This document shows positions 17,946 to 27,836 of a stretch of 64,000 bases of DNA, one piece after another. Made by a program: the position numbers and the translations under genes. Under the pieces are notes generated by a model. The model was given only the letters and a program-made list of their open reading frames with translations. It made no database searches and had not been told where the DNA came from. How positions within the stretch are numbered: position 1 is the first letter of the stretch; the number at the start of each line of letters is the position of its first letter. The stretch is from Candidatus Latescibacterota bacterium (GTDB lineage: Bacteria; Latescibacterota; UBA2968; UBA8231), in assembly GCA_964291625.2 (NCBI GenBank), contig OZ220089.1, positions 1,280,001 through 1,344,000 of the forward strand, written 5' to 3'.

Positions 17946-20345
17946 TTGAAGAGAGCCGATCCGTGCTATCAGGAGTTGGAGGCTCTGCAGGAGCGCCTGT
18001 CCCGCCTGAGCCAGGCCAGCCTGCGCCTCAACGAGAGCCTCGACTTCAACACCGTCTTGCAGGAGATCCTGGACTCGGCCCGGTCCCTTGCCGGAGCCCG
18101 TTACGGGGTGGTGACGCTGTTCGACGATTCGGGTGCTTTGGAGGACTCTCTGTCGTCCGGGTTGACCCCTGAGGAGGCGGAGCAACTCTGGAACCTGCCC
18201 GACGGGATGGGGTTCTTCGAGTACCTGGGCAGCATCAGGGCGCCCCTGCGGGTTCGGGACCTGCCCGGCCATCTCCGGTCGAGGGGCCTGCCGGAGCTCC
18301 GTCCCCCTGTAGAAGTGGGTTCCCTCGTCTCCTTTCTTGCGGCTCCGGTTCTCCACGGAGAGGAGCGGGTCGGGGGCCTGTTCCTGGCGGGGAAGGAAGG
18401 GGCCGAGGAGTTCACCCGGGAGGACGAGGCAATCCTTGTCCTGTGCGCCTCGCAGGCCGCCCTGGTCATCTCCAACGCCCGCCGACGAAGGGACGAACGG
18501 CGGGCCCGGGCCGACCTGGAGGCCCTGATCGACACCTGCCCGATCGGCGTGGTGGTCTTCGACGCGAGGACGGGATCCCTGATTTCCTTCAACCGGGAGG
18601 CGAGCCGGATCGTCGACGGCCTGCGCAAGCCGGACCAGCCGCCGGAGCAATTGCTGCGGAGCCTGACCTTCCGGCGCGGCGACGGGCGGGAGATTTCCCT
18701 GGAAGAGGTCCCCCTCGCGGCGGCGCTGAACACCGGGGAGACCGTTCGAGCCGAGCAGATCGTCATGCAAGTGCCCGACGGGCGGTCGGTCACCACGTTG
18801 ATCAACGCCACGCCCATCCCTGCGAAGGAGGGAGGCGTCGAGTCCTATGTCGTGACCCTTCAGGACCTGACTCCACTGAAGGATCTCGAGCGACTGCAGG
18901 CCGAGTTCCTGAGCATGGTCAGCCACGATCTGCGGGTGCCGCTGACCTCGATCAGAGGTTCGGCGACCGCCCTGCTGGACGCCCCCGGCGACCTGGAACC
19001 GGCGGTGATGGAACAGTTCCACCGGATCATCGTCGAGCAGTCGGACCGAATGCTCGAATTGATCGGCGCCCTGCTCGATGTGACGCGCATCCGGGCCGGT
19101 ACGCTGCCGATAGTGCCCGAGCCTGTCGAGATCGCCGGCTTGGTGGACCAGGCCCGGAACACTTTCCTGGGCGGAGGCGGGAGAGAGACTCTCGACCTCG
19201 ACCTGGAGCCAGATCTCCCCCTGGTGATGGCGGACCGGCGGCGCATCGTTCAGGTCATCGGCAACCTGCTGTCCAACGCGGCCCGGCACTCGCCGGAGTC
19301 GTCGGCCATCCGGGTGACCGCCGCGAGGGAGGATGTCCACGTCGCCGTCGCCGTCGCCGACGAGGGCCGCGGCATCGAGGCCGAGCGGTTGCCGAACCTG
19401 TTCGGGAAGTTCGCCCTGACCGAGGGAGGGGAGGGGGCCCGGGAGATCGGAGGATCGGGTCTCGGCCTGGCCATCTGCCAAGGGATCGTCGAGGCCCACG
19501 GAGGCCGCATCCGGGCCGAGAGCGGAGGGCCCGGCCTGGGAGCGCGATTCACCTTCACGATCCCGGTGGTCGAGGCCGCCGGTAGAGACGCCGGGCCGCC
19601 CTCCACAACGCCCTCGCGACAGGAGGAGAGAGGGGAAGATCGCATCCTCGTCGTCGACGACGACCCACAAGCGCTCACCTACGTCAGGCAAGTGCTCTCC
19701 GAGGCCGGATTCAAGCCGATCGTGACCGCCGACCCGAGTCAGGCGATGGTCCTCACCAAGGAGAGCCGGCCCCACCTGGTCCTGCTCGACCTGGTATGGC
19801 CCGATACCGATGGCATCGAGCTGATGACGGACCTCCTCGGTGTCGCCGACGTGCCCGTCATCTTCCTGTCGGGCTACGGCAGGGATCAGGTCATCGCGCG
19901 GGCCTTCGAGAAGGGAGCCGCCGATTACGTGGCCAAGCCCTTCTCGTCGACGGAGCTGGTGGCCAGGGTCCGGTCGGCCCTGCGCAGGTCGCGTACCGGA
20001 ACCTGGGCTGAACCCGGCGAACCGTATGTCCTGGGCGAGCTGACCGTCGACTACGGCGAACGCCGCGTTACCCTGGCCGAACGTACGCTGGAGCTGACCC
20101 CAGCCGAGTACGGCCTGCTCCGCGAGCTGTCGGTCCACGCCGGACGGACGGTCACCTACGACCGGCTGTTGCGAAGGCTGGGGGGCGGCTCGAACCCCTC
20201 CGGCGATCTGCGCAGAATCCGCACCGTCGCCAAGAGGCTCCGCCGCAAGCTCAACGACGCTGCGGACAACCCCACCTACCTCTTTACCCAGCGGGGCGTC
20301 GGCTACCGGTTGCCGAAGGGACAGCAACCTGAGGAGGCAGTTTGA
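17946..20345 (+). CDS. Soluble hybrid histidine kinase/response regulator (GAF-PAS-HisKA-HATPase-REC-OmpR wHTH)
   Basis: VSHDLRVPLTSI H-box, NLLSNA, DEGRGI, GSGLGL, ILVVDDD...LLDL...AKPF, C-terminal YLFTQRGVGYR. Confidence 0.92.
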   Translation: MKRADPCYQELEALQERLSRLSQASLRLNESLDFNTVLQEILDSARSLAGARYGVVTLFDDSGALEDSLSSGLTPEEAEQLWNLPDGMGFFEYLGSIRAPLRVRDLPGHLRSRGLPELRPPVEVGSLVSFLAAPVLHGEERVGGLFLAGKEGAEEFTREDEAILVLCASQAALVISNARRRRDERRARADLEALIDTCPIGVVVFDARTGSLISFNREASRIVDGLRKPDQPPEQLLRSLTFRRGDGREISLEEVPLAAALNTGETVRAEQIVMQVPDGRSVTTLINATPIPAKEGGVESYVVTLQDLTPLKDLERLQAEFLSMVSHDLRVPLTSIRGSATALLDAPGDLEPAVMEQFHRIIVEQSDRMLELIGALLDVTRIRAGTLPIVPEPVEIAGLVDQARNTFLGGGGRETLDLDLEPDLPLVMADRRRIVQVIGNLLSNAARHSPESSAIRVTAAREDVHVAVAVADEGRGIEAERLPNLFGKFALTEGGEGAREIGGSGLGLAICQGIVEAHGGRIRAESGGPGLGARFTFTIPVVEAAGRDAGPPSTTPSRQEERGEDRILVVDDDPQALTYVRQVLSEAGFKPIVTADPSQAMVLTKESRPHLVLLDLVWPDTDGIELMTDLLGVADVPVIFLSGYGRDQVIARAFEKGAADYVAKPFSSTELVARVRSALRRSRTGTWAEPGEPYVLGELTVDYGERRVTLAERTLELTPAEYGLLRELSVHAGRTVTYDRLLRRLGGGSNPSGDLRRIRTVAKRLRRKLNDAADNPTYLFTQRGVGYRLPKGQQPEEAV

Positions 20346-20484
20346 TTTCTTATGCTGCCTTAGGCGGGATTCTCGGGGCCGAACAGACAGGTGGGGGAGT
20401 GAGGATGGCGTCGCCCGCTTGGAGGGAGCCTATGAGGACTTGGTAAGACGAAGGCGGAAACTGCTGCTTTGCGAGGATGGCTAA

Positions 20485-20593
20485 GCCATTGTCACGAATT
20501 TAACTACAGCTCCTCCCGGTGGCGTTCCCTCTTGGGTTACACCGACGGTGTTGGGTTACACCGACGGTGACTCAGTTATTTCGTCGCAATGCC
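20485..20593. mobile_element. MITE (109 bp, includes a 19-bp internal tandem duplication), TAA flanks
   Basis: TAA-GCCATTGTCACGAAT...ATTTCGTCGCAATGCC-TAA; ends similar to 24132-24220. Confidence 0.7.
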
Positions 20594-20905
20594 TAAGCAT
20601 GGTGGACCCAAAGCGGAGGAGCATATGACGATGCTCCGTTTGACAACCCTGGTCGCCATTGCCCTCGCAAAGTCGCGACGGGGCCATCCGTCCTGGCCCA
20701 TGGCGAGCCGGCCCTACCGGAACACATCGAGCTTGAAGTCCTCCAGCATGTCAGCATCCCCTGCACCTCGACAAATGGCGATGCTTGGGCTCAAGAGGAA
20801 CGACCTGCTGCACGAAGACTGTCAAGTCAAGTATATGACTGCCTCTTCATGAGACGGAGATCTCGGTTCTTCTGAGAACGCACTCAGGCCAAGGAGGATG
20901 TCCAC

Positions 20906-21697
20906 ATGGACGAAACCGCAATCAAGTATCATCTGCAAAAAGCATGTAGGCTTGCAGATTGCTTCCTATGGGAATCCTTCTCTCGATCTTGGCCAAGCGC
21001 TTGGCCCGGCGACTGGCGAGGAGGAGGTGGACGGCTTGTCTTCCCGCTGAAGCATGACAAAGACGAATTGTGGAGACGGGTGAGCGAACAAGAAGCGCGA
21101 TTCTGCTTTGTCGAAGCCTTGGCGCAAAGCCCCTTTTACTACTCCGTAGAGACTCCCACCCAGAATCCGATCTATCCCAAAGCTGGACTGATGGATCTGT
21201 CCCTCTATTCTGACCCAAAAGGAATCGACCGAAGGTGGAACATAGAGTTCAAGCAGAGCGCCAGCACCAGCTTCTGGCCGGAAGCTGACATGAACAAACT
21301 ACTCGCCGAAAACTGCCAAGGCTTAGGCTTCTACCTCTTTGACATCGACAGCATGAGGGAGGGTCTTGAGTTCTGTCCTCATAGGTATACGACACCCATA
21401 AAGCGGGACATTCTGAACACGAAGACCAAATACGGGGAGAAGTGCAAACTCGGTCCAACGATCACCATCCACATGTGCTTCCTGTACCAGGGGTTTTCCC
21501 TGCACAGAGAGGTCCCCGTCGATACCCAATCCGACCTCGAAGCGTCTCTTGCCATCGACATGAGATCCCGCCAGTCTGGAGATGACAACCGATGCGTGGA
21601 TCTCGAGATCAAGGATCTCAACGGATGGTTGCTCCATCACCAAGAGCCCCTCGGATGGACTCATCCAAGGGGCCGGGGTGCACTAGCAGGCCGCTGA
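20906..21697 (+). CDS. Hypothetical protein, PD-(D/E)XK-like
   Basis: AGGAGG RBS; RVSEQEARF...SVETPT...MDLSLY...NIEFK; lower GC; stop lies within adjacent IS end. Confidence 0.65.
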   Translation: MDETAIKYHLQKACRLADCFLWESFSRSWPSAWPGDWRGGGGRLVFPLKHDKDELWRRVSEQEARFCFVEALAQSPFYYSVETPTQNPIYPKAGLMDLSLYSDPKGIDRRWNIEFKQSASTSFWPEADMNKLLAENCQGLGFYLFDIDSMREGLEFCPHRYTTPIKRDILNTKTKYGEKCKLGPTITIHMCFLYQGFSLHREVPVDTQSDLEASLAIDMRSRQSGDDNRCVDLEIKDLNGWLLHHQEPLGWTHPRGRGALAGR

Positions 21698-22098
21698 TAA
21701 TGGCCCGTTTTGGAACACGTCCGGTCGATCTGGGTGGGGGAGGCGGCAAAGGATGAGACATCGCCGACCCCGGACCCCAGTGAGGAAGCGGCCGCTGGCG
21801 CGACCCGAGAGGGCCCGAGCGACTGGCCACCACGCCTGGAAGAGCCCAAGAACCGCCCCCAGCGCCCGCAGACCCCTCGGGGTCCCGCCGCCGATGCGCT
21901 TCCGCATGGCCAAGCCCAGATTGAAGGCGCTGGCTTGAAGGCTCAGCCGCTTGGAGATGGGGTGGCCCCGAAGATGAGTCCGTCGCAGACCCCCGCTTTC
22001 GTAGGTGTGAGCGAAACTGCGCTCCGCGCATTCGGCTCGACGCCGTTGCAGGGCGCGGCCCCGGTTCCCTCGAATCCGGCGTCGATTGGCATACACGG
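21687..22098 (-). mobile_element. IS1182-like transposase 3' fragment and right end
   Basis: VYANRRRIRG.RGRALQRRR.E..ERSFAH.YE.GGLRRTHLRG; ends ...cagcggcctgCTAG; interrupted by IS21. Confidence 0.7.
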
Positions 22099-23439
22099 TG
22101 TAAGGAATCCACCGATTTTCGCCCTTAAGGGACATCTACTTTCGCGCACCCCGCGATCCGTCGCTCGGCGCCATCCTTGGAGGAGTCGTTCCTCAGCCAA
22201 GGGGGCCGGGCATGACCAAGTTGCGGGAGGAAGATCTGGTGTGTGCGCAAGTCTTGACCGCCGAGTGCGGTCGCAGCGTTCGCTCGGCGGCCCAGGAGTT
22301 GGGGGTCGCCGAGAGCACCCTTCGCTACCGGCTCAAGCGTCGAGCCGAGGGGGTGGAGGACGGTCGCCGGGGCAAGCCGGAGGCCTGTTCGGCCCATGAC
22401 GGGGTGATTCAGGCGTGGATCCAGGGACAGCAAGAGCGTGTGCAAGAGGGCCAGCGGCCGGAGCCGGTGCGGGCCCTCTACGACACCCTGGTCCGCGAGC
22501 ACGGCTACCGGGGGACCTACAAGGCGGTGGCCCGCTATGTGCGGCGACGCCGGCCGCCGCCGAAGGTGCGCCCGCTGCGTCGGGTGGAGGTGCGGCCGGG
22601 CAGCCAGGCGCAGGTGGACTGGGTCGAGCCCTGGGTGCAGGTGCGCGAGCTGGGTGGTCGCACGCGGCTGAGCGCCTTCAGCCTGTCGCTCAGCTTTTCG
22701 CGCATGTGGTCGGTGCAGTGGCGGCTCGACCAGGGCCAGCTGTCCTGGCAGGAGGCGCACAATCGCGCCTTCGAGGCGGTACAGGGGGTGCCCTGGAGCG
22801 TGCGCTTCGACAACTGCAAGACCGCCGTGGTCCGCCGCGGCGGGCCGTGGGCGATCCTCAACGACGACTACGCCGCCTACGCCCGGCAGCTGGGCTTCGT
22901 GCCGGACGCCTGCCGGATCCGCCGGCCCACCGACAAGGGCCAGGTCGAGCGGCGGGTGCGCGATGTGCGCTGGAATCTGATCCGGCGCAACGAGCGCTTC
23001 GAGACCCTGGCCGAGTTGCAGACGGCGTCCGATCTGCGGGTGCTCGAGTCGGCCGAGCGCCTGCGCTGTCCGCTGACCGGCCAGTCGGTGGCCGAGTCCT
23101 GGCAGGTGGAGCGGCCTCACCTGGCGCCGCTGCCGGAAACCTTGCCCACCCCCTTCGACACGCAGGTGCAGCGAGACGTGGGCCGCGACGGCCTGGTGCG
23201 CTTCGACGGCCGCGAATACGGCGTGCCCTTCGCCTGGGTGGGCCGCGCCGTGCAGGTGCGCGGCTGCGCCGCCACGGTCGAGATCTACGTCGAGGACCGC
23301 TGTGTGATGAGCTATCCGCGCCATACGGCCTGTCGCCGTCTCATCGATCAACGCTGTTACGAGGGGGCGCCGCCGGATCATCTCGAGGCGCCCACGCCCC
23401 TGGGGCGCTTGGCCCAGCAGATCGTGCTGCCGAAAAGCT
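22099..23439 (+). mobile_element. istA: IS21-family element: left end plus truncated istA (22212..23441), istB absent
   Basis: TGTAAGG left end; PGSQAQVDW, VRFDNCKTAV, PTDKGQVER, VRFDGREYGVP motifs; abuts the repeat at 23440. Confidence 0.88.
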
Positions 23440-23864
23440 GAGGTCCTGCTGATCCGGACTCCCCCCGGCAAGTACAGAATCCCAGAGGATACGATGTCAG
23501 CGTTCTGGGCTTTCTCTATGACGGAGAGAAGTGGTCATACGCTGAAATCGGGAGGTGGTCGGGAAGGGTAGGTTTCTGCCATAGCGCCAATAGCTGGAGA
23601 GACCGAGTGTCAGGTGAGGATGTGGCAAAGTCATCAGGAGATGGAAGGTATCCCGATATCCATCCGGACTGGCAACTTGCTCAGCATATAGCCAGGGGCA
23701 AGAGGGTGTCCTTCCTCCAGGGGTTCAACAACTCAGAGATGGAGACCTGGGACTCATTGGAAGCCCAACCCCGTGGGCGGCGCCTCACCTCGGCTGCCCT
23801 GGTGGGGAACGGGGCGACAAAACAACTCGCCGCGTCATCCAACACGCGTCGAGTCCGACCTTGA
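23440..23864 (+). pseudogene. 5'-truncated copy of the PD-(D/E)XK-like gene
   Basis: Matches the 3' part of 1236..1898; catalytic N-terminus replaced by IS21. Confidence 0.85.
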
Positions 23865-23880
23865 CCAGAAGAGGTAGTCG

Positions 23881-24413
23881 ATGGGCCTCTTGGTGAGTGA
23901 TGAGCTGACGGACGGGCAGTTGGAGCAGCTGATGGAACTGTACAAGGGCGAGTGGTGGTCCAGTTCACGTACACGGCCTGATGTCCAACGGATGCTTCAC
24001 AGCAGCGACGTACTCTTCGTAGTCACGGAGGAAAGCGCCGGGAATCTACTGGGGTTCGCCCGTGTTCTGACCGATGACGTGTACTATGCTCTCGTTCTCG
24101 ATGTGATTGTCGACAGGGGGAAGCGCGGTAAGGCTTTGTCACGAATCAACTGAACTACTGCGGCGGCGGTCGTCCCCGGCAACACCTTTACTGCTGACTC
24201 ATCTATTTCTGCGCGGTGCCTAAGGGTGTCGGGAGATTCCTGATGGATGCGGTCGTTTCCCACCCACGTCTCCTTGCCGTTCGGAGTATCGAACTCGTCT
24301 GTCAGCCGGAACTCGTCCAGTTCTATCAGAAGTGGGAGTTCACTGATGCCGTTGGTCGATCTCTGCTGATGAGACGGACTGACGACAGCCTGCTTGCCAG
24401 CCCCGGACGTTGA
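23881..24413 (+). pseudogene. GNAT acetyltransferase copy disrupted by MITE
   Basis: Near-identical to 1944..2384 but split at the RGKG motif. Confidence 0.9.
24132..24220. mobile_element. MITE, 89 bp, with TAA target duplication
   Basis: Empty site ggTAAgggtgtc in the paralog at ~2190; here ggTAA[GGCTTTGTCACGAAT...ATTTCTGCGCGGTGCC]TAAgggtgtc. Confidence 0.85.
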
Positions 24414-24434
24414 CAGCCAGAGACGATCCGCTTC

Positions 24435-24983
24435 TCAGAGGAAGATATCCCGCACCGGAAGGGTCCAGTCGGGCACGACCTCCCCGCCTTCGAGCACGTC
24501 GTCGATGGTCAGGACTCGGACGTCCTCGTGCGAGCGGTACAGGGTTGCCGTCTGGTCTTCCGGATCGACCACCACGACCAGGCGGGTCCCGGCGTCGAGC
24601 CAGTCGGCGATCTTGTCCTCCACCTCCCCGGAGGTTTCGCCGGGTGAGAGGACCTCGGCTGCAAGGTCGGGTGCACCCGGCCAGAAGCCTCCGGTCTCGC
24701 CCACCGCCTCGACCCGTTCCCGACGGACGAAGGCAACGTCCGGGGCCCCCACCACGTCGGGGTCCGAGGCCAGCTAGAAGCCGGTTCCACCAGCATAGAC
24801 GGCACCGAGTTGATTCGCCCGGACGAACTGGTCCAGGGGGGTGGTGAGATTGAGCGCGATTCTGTCGTGTCGGTGGCCGGCGGGACTCGTCTTCCTCAAC
24901 TCTCCCCGGACGAGTTCGTAGGGAAAACCATCGTCCTTCATCAGCAACAACTCGTCGGCGGTGACCCCTGCGGCGGTCGTCAT
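24435..24983 (-). pseudogene. Uma2 endonuclease copy with premature stop
   Basis: AAG in the left copy is TAG at 24774-24776. Confidence 0.85.
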
Positions 24984-25033
24984 GGGAACCTCCATATGGG
25001 GCAGGCAGGGAACCTCTATCCCTGAACTCTTAC

Positions 25034-26422
25034 TCAGGAAGTGTACACGGATGATTCCTGCCGGGATACCCGGCGGTGCCCTCTCGCAGCTCCAGAGAGG
25101 CACCGCACCAGTTCCCGCCCCTCTCTGAACAGATCGTGGAGATGCAGGTACCGGAAGAGGGAGCTCCGCCCCGCCAGGTGCAGGTTCTCGAAGCCGCGGA
25201 AGTAGTCGACGAGCAGCTCCACCCGGCCGGCCAGCTCCGCCTCGAGCACGGGATAGGCGAAGGGCAGCTTGAGCGCGGCGAAGCGCAGGACCTCTCCCTC
25301 CTCGATCGGCTGCACCCTCTGCAGGGCCCGCCAGGCCCGGCGGCGCAGCTCCCCGTCCGGCAGGCTCCACAGCGGGTCCTCCGGGAAGCAGGGCATCTCG
25401 AGGACGATCGCCGTCCGGCCCTCGGGGGCCATGTGCCGGCTGCGGTTCCGGGGCTCGTAGAGGCGGGTGAAGGGGAACTCCTCCCCCGGGAAGTAGAGGG
25501 AGGCGTTCGGCGTGAAGGAGGGCCGGTCCAAGGCGAAGACGCACAGCACCAGGTGCCGGTAGCGCACGGCCTCGGCCGCGGCCAGCACCTCGGGGGGCGG
25601 CGGCGGGTCGAGGATCTTCGCCGAGAGCGTCAGGGGCAGGGTGTTGATCACGGTGGAGACCTCCACCTCCTCGCGGCCGTTGAGGACGACGCGGTGGAGC
25701 CGCCCTCTTGAGTGCGCGAGGCGGGTCACGCGGCTGTCGAGCCAGATCCGCTCCTCGCCGATGGCCTCGCACATCCGGTCGACGACGGCGCCGATCCCGT
25801 GCCGGGGGTAGAGGAAGGACCCGTCCAGGTGCCCCGGAGGGCGGGTCCTGCCGAGGAAGGTCTCGCGCAGGAAGCCGGCCAGGTCCAGCCCCTTCAGCCG
25901 CCCGCCCGACACCTCCGTGGAGAGCCGGAAGGGGTCCGTTCCCCACAGCTTCTTCGAGTAGTTGAGCAGGAAGAGGCCGGCGAGGGTCCGGCCGTAGCGG
26001 TCGAGGGCGAGCTGCCCGAAGCTCTCCGCTGGCCTTCGGGGGCGGGGGGACATGTTTTCCAGGACGATCCTGCAAAGGGTCCCGAGGTCGAGCCCCCGCA
26101 CCAAGCTGCCGGGCTGCAGGGGGAAGTCGAACAGCCGGCCTTCGGAGAAGATCTGGCTCGGCGCCCGGACCTCGAGCAGCTCCCCGTCGAGGAGCGCCCT
26201 GAACTCGGCCGTGACCTCCGGGTCCTTGTCGTGGAGGCGGTGGGCGCCGGTGTCGAAGAGGAACTCGCCCAGGCGCAGGGTGCGGCAGTTGCCGCCCGGC
26301 CGGGACCCGGCCTCGAAGACCTCAAAGTCCAGCCCGCCTCTGGCGGCGTGGTAGGCCGCGGCCAGGCCGGCCGGGCCCCCGCCGAGGATGTGGATCTCCG
26401 CGCCGGGGGACTCAGTACTCAT
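25034..26422 (-). CDS. FAD-dependent oxidoreductase (protoporphyrinogen oxidase / UDP-galactopyranose mutase-like)
   Basis: ILGGGPAGLAAA...FEAGSRPGG...FDTGAH; FLYPRHG; LAGR. Confidence 0.88.
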   Translation of the reverse strand: MSTESPGAEIHILGGGPAGLAAAYHAARGGLDFEVFEAGSRPGGNCRTLRLGEFLFDTGAHRLHDKDPEVTAEFRALLDGELLEVRAPSQIFSEGRLFDFPLQPGSLVRGLDLGTLCRIVLENMSPRPRRPAESFGQLALDRYGRTLAGLFLLNYSKKLWGTDPFRLSTEVSGGRLKGLDLAGFLRETFLGRTRPPGHLDGSFLYPRHGIGAVVDRMCEAIGEERIWLDSRVTRLAHSRGRLHRVVLNGREEVEVSTVINTLPLTLSAKILDPPPPPEVLAAAEAVRYRHLVLCVFALDRPSFTPNASLYFPGEEFPFTRLYEPRNRSRHMAPEGRTAIVLEMPCFPEDPLWSLPDGELRRRAWRALQRVQPIEEGEVLRFAALKLPFAYPVLEAELAGRVELLVDYFRGFENLHLAGRSSLFRYLHLHDLFREGRELVRCLSGAARGHRRVSRQESSVYTS

Positions 26423-27800
26423 AGAGCGTGAGCTCCGGCCACAGGCGGTTCACGTAGGGGTTGTGGTAGAAGGTCCTGACCGCCTTGGGCTCCCGGTCCG
26501 GCAGCGGGCTGCCGATGACGACGAGGTCGCCGGCGGCGGCCGGGTCGATGACGCGCAGGTCCTCCGGGCTCTCGACGGGGATATACTCAGCCTCCAGGGC
26601 CTGCGAGGCCAGGTAGTACTCGATGAGCGGCACCGAGGCGATGCGCAGGCCCCCGGTCTCCTGTGCCGCCAGGTGCCGGTGGACCTGGGCGATGGCGGTC
26701 GGGCCCCGGTGCTGGACCATTAGATGCAGGGTCACGGCGCCGTAGCAGCAGAGGAAGACGGCGAGGACCAGTCGCGGCCACCTGGCGCCCTGCCGGAGGA
26801 TCCAATCGCCCGCATAGGCCGGGACGAGCGCCAGGAAGGGCAGCAGGGGCAGCACGTGCCGGCTCTTGTGGAGGACGTTCTGGAAGAGGAAGATCCAGCC
26901 CAGGTAGAGGAGGCACGCGACCAGGGGCGCGCCGAGCAGGACCCGGCTGTCGACGCGCCGGGCGATGCCGCGCCAGCCGGCGCCCAGCAAGGCGAGGAGG
27001 GCCGCGGTGGTGCACGCCGTCAGCAGGTGCCGCCCCGGCCAGTAGAGGCCGAAGCCGTCGGCCCACAGGCTCCGGAAGATCACCGCCCAACGCTGAAGCA
27101 CCCCGGGGTCGGTGGAGAGGGTGCCGCCGAAGTCGGTGAAGTGGCCCCGGGTCTGCGCCAGCGCCGCCTGCACCAGCTCCGGCCAGCCGGTGACGGCGAT
27201 CAGCGGGACCAGCCAGAGGGCCGCGCCCGCCGTGCCGGCGCCGATGAGATGCAGCCGGCGCCCCGGTTCCTTCAGCCGGAGGAGCAGGGGCACCAGCAAC
27301 AGGGGAGCGTACGAGAGCCGCACCCCGAGGGAGAGGCCAGCGATGCAAATCCCCCAGACCGCCTTCCCGCGCTCCGGCCGGGCCAGGCACCACAGGGAGG
27401 CCAGGACGAAGGCGACGCCCATGGCGTCGGGCATCCAGCGGTTGCTCATCAGCCACAGCAGCGGGTTGAAGAGCAGGAGGAAGGCGGCGGTCAGGCCCTG
27501 GGGCGAGGCGACCCGGATGCGGGCCAGCCCCAGGGTGAAGAAGAGGGTGGCGAAGGTTGACAGGCCCCCCAGCACGGCGAAGGCCGGGGCGTAGCGGCCC
27601 GTCAGGGTGTACAACATCTTGGCGGCGAAGCAGAAGACCGGGTAGGCCGGGAAGTGGGGCTGCAGCCGGGGGACGTCGTAGTCGACGACCGCCAGGGCGA
27701 AGCGCAGGCTGTCCAGGTCCTCGACGTAGTGGATGGCGCCGAGCAGCCGCGATGCGATGCACAGGACCAGCAGTGCGCCCCATGCCCTGCCCTCGCTCAC
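26412..27800 (-). CDS. Polytopic membrane protein, GT-C glycosyltransferase-like
   Basis: EDLDS..FALAV.DYD...QPHFPAYP loop after TM1, many TM helices, RHVLPLLP. Confidence 0.7.
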   Translation of the reverse strand: MSEGRAWGALLVLCIASRLLGAIHYVEDLDSLRFALAVVDYDVPRLQPHFPAYPVFCFAAKMLYTLTGRYAPAFAVLGGLSTFATLFFTLGLARIRVASPQGLTAAFLLLFNPLLWLMSNRWMPDAMGVAFVLASLWCLARPERGKAVWGICIAGLSLGVRLSYAPLLLVPLLLRLKEPGRRLHLIGAGTAGAALWLVPLIAVTGWPELVQAALAQTRGHFTDFGGTLSTDPGVLQRWAVIFRSLWADGFGLYWPGRHLLTACTTAALLALLGAGWRGIARRVDSRVLLGAPLVACLLYLGWIFLFQNVLHKSRHVLPLLPFLALVPAYAGDWILRQGARWPRLVLAVFLCCYGAVTLHLMVQHRGPTAIAQVHRHLAAQETGGLRIASVPLIEYYLASQALEAEYIPVESPEDLRVIDPAAAGDLVVIGSPLPDREPKAVRTFYHNPYVNRLWPELTLYEY

Positions 27801-27836
27801 GGGGGGTGCCCGGCGCCATCCGGCGACGAAGCCGCC

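Larger units (their letters stand above)
23440..25683. repeat. Right copy of ~2.2-kb diverged direct repeat
   Basis: Collinear with 1503-3654 plus an 89-bp MITE insertion. Confidence 0.92.

Noticed and set aside
20532-20569. 19-bp direct repeat as regulator binding site or mini-CRISPR
   Set aside because: Perfect adjacent duplication inside the MITE; removing it restores the ~90-bp element length
20400-20875. Possible decayed gene around the MITE, including ORF 20589..20852
   Set aside because: No recognisable motif in any frame that I can support
20485-24223. Integron attC sites
   Set aside because: No RYYYAAC/GTTRRRY cores and no integrase; the empty-site comparison shows a TAA-duplicating insertion
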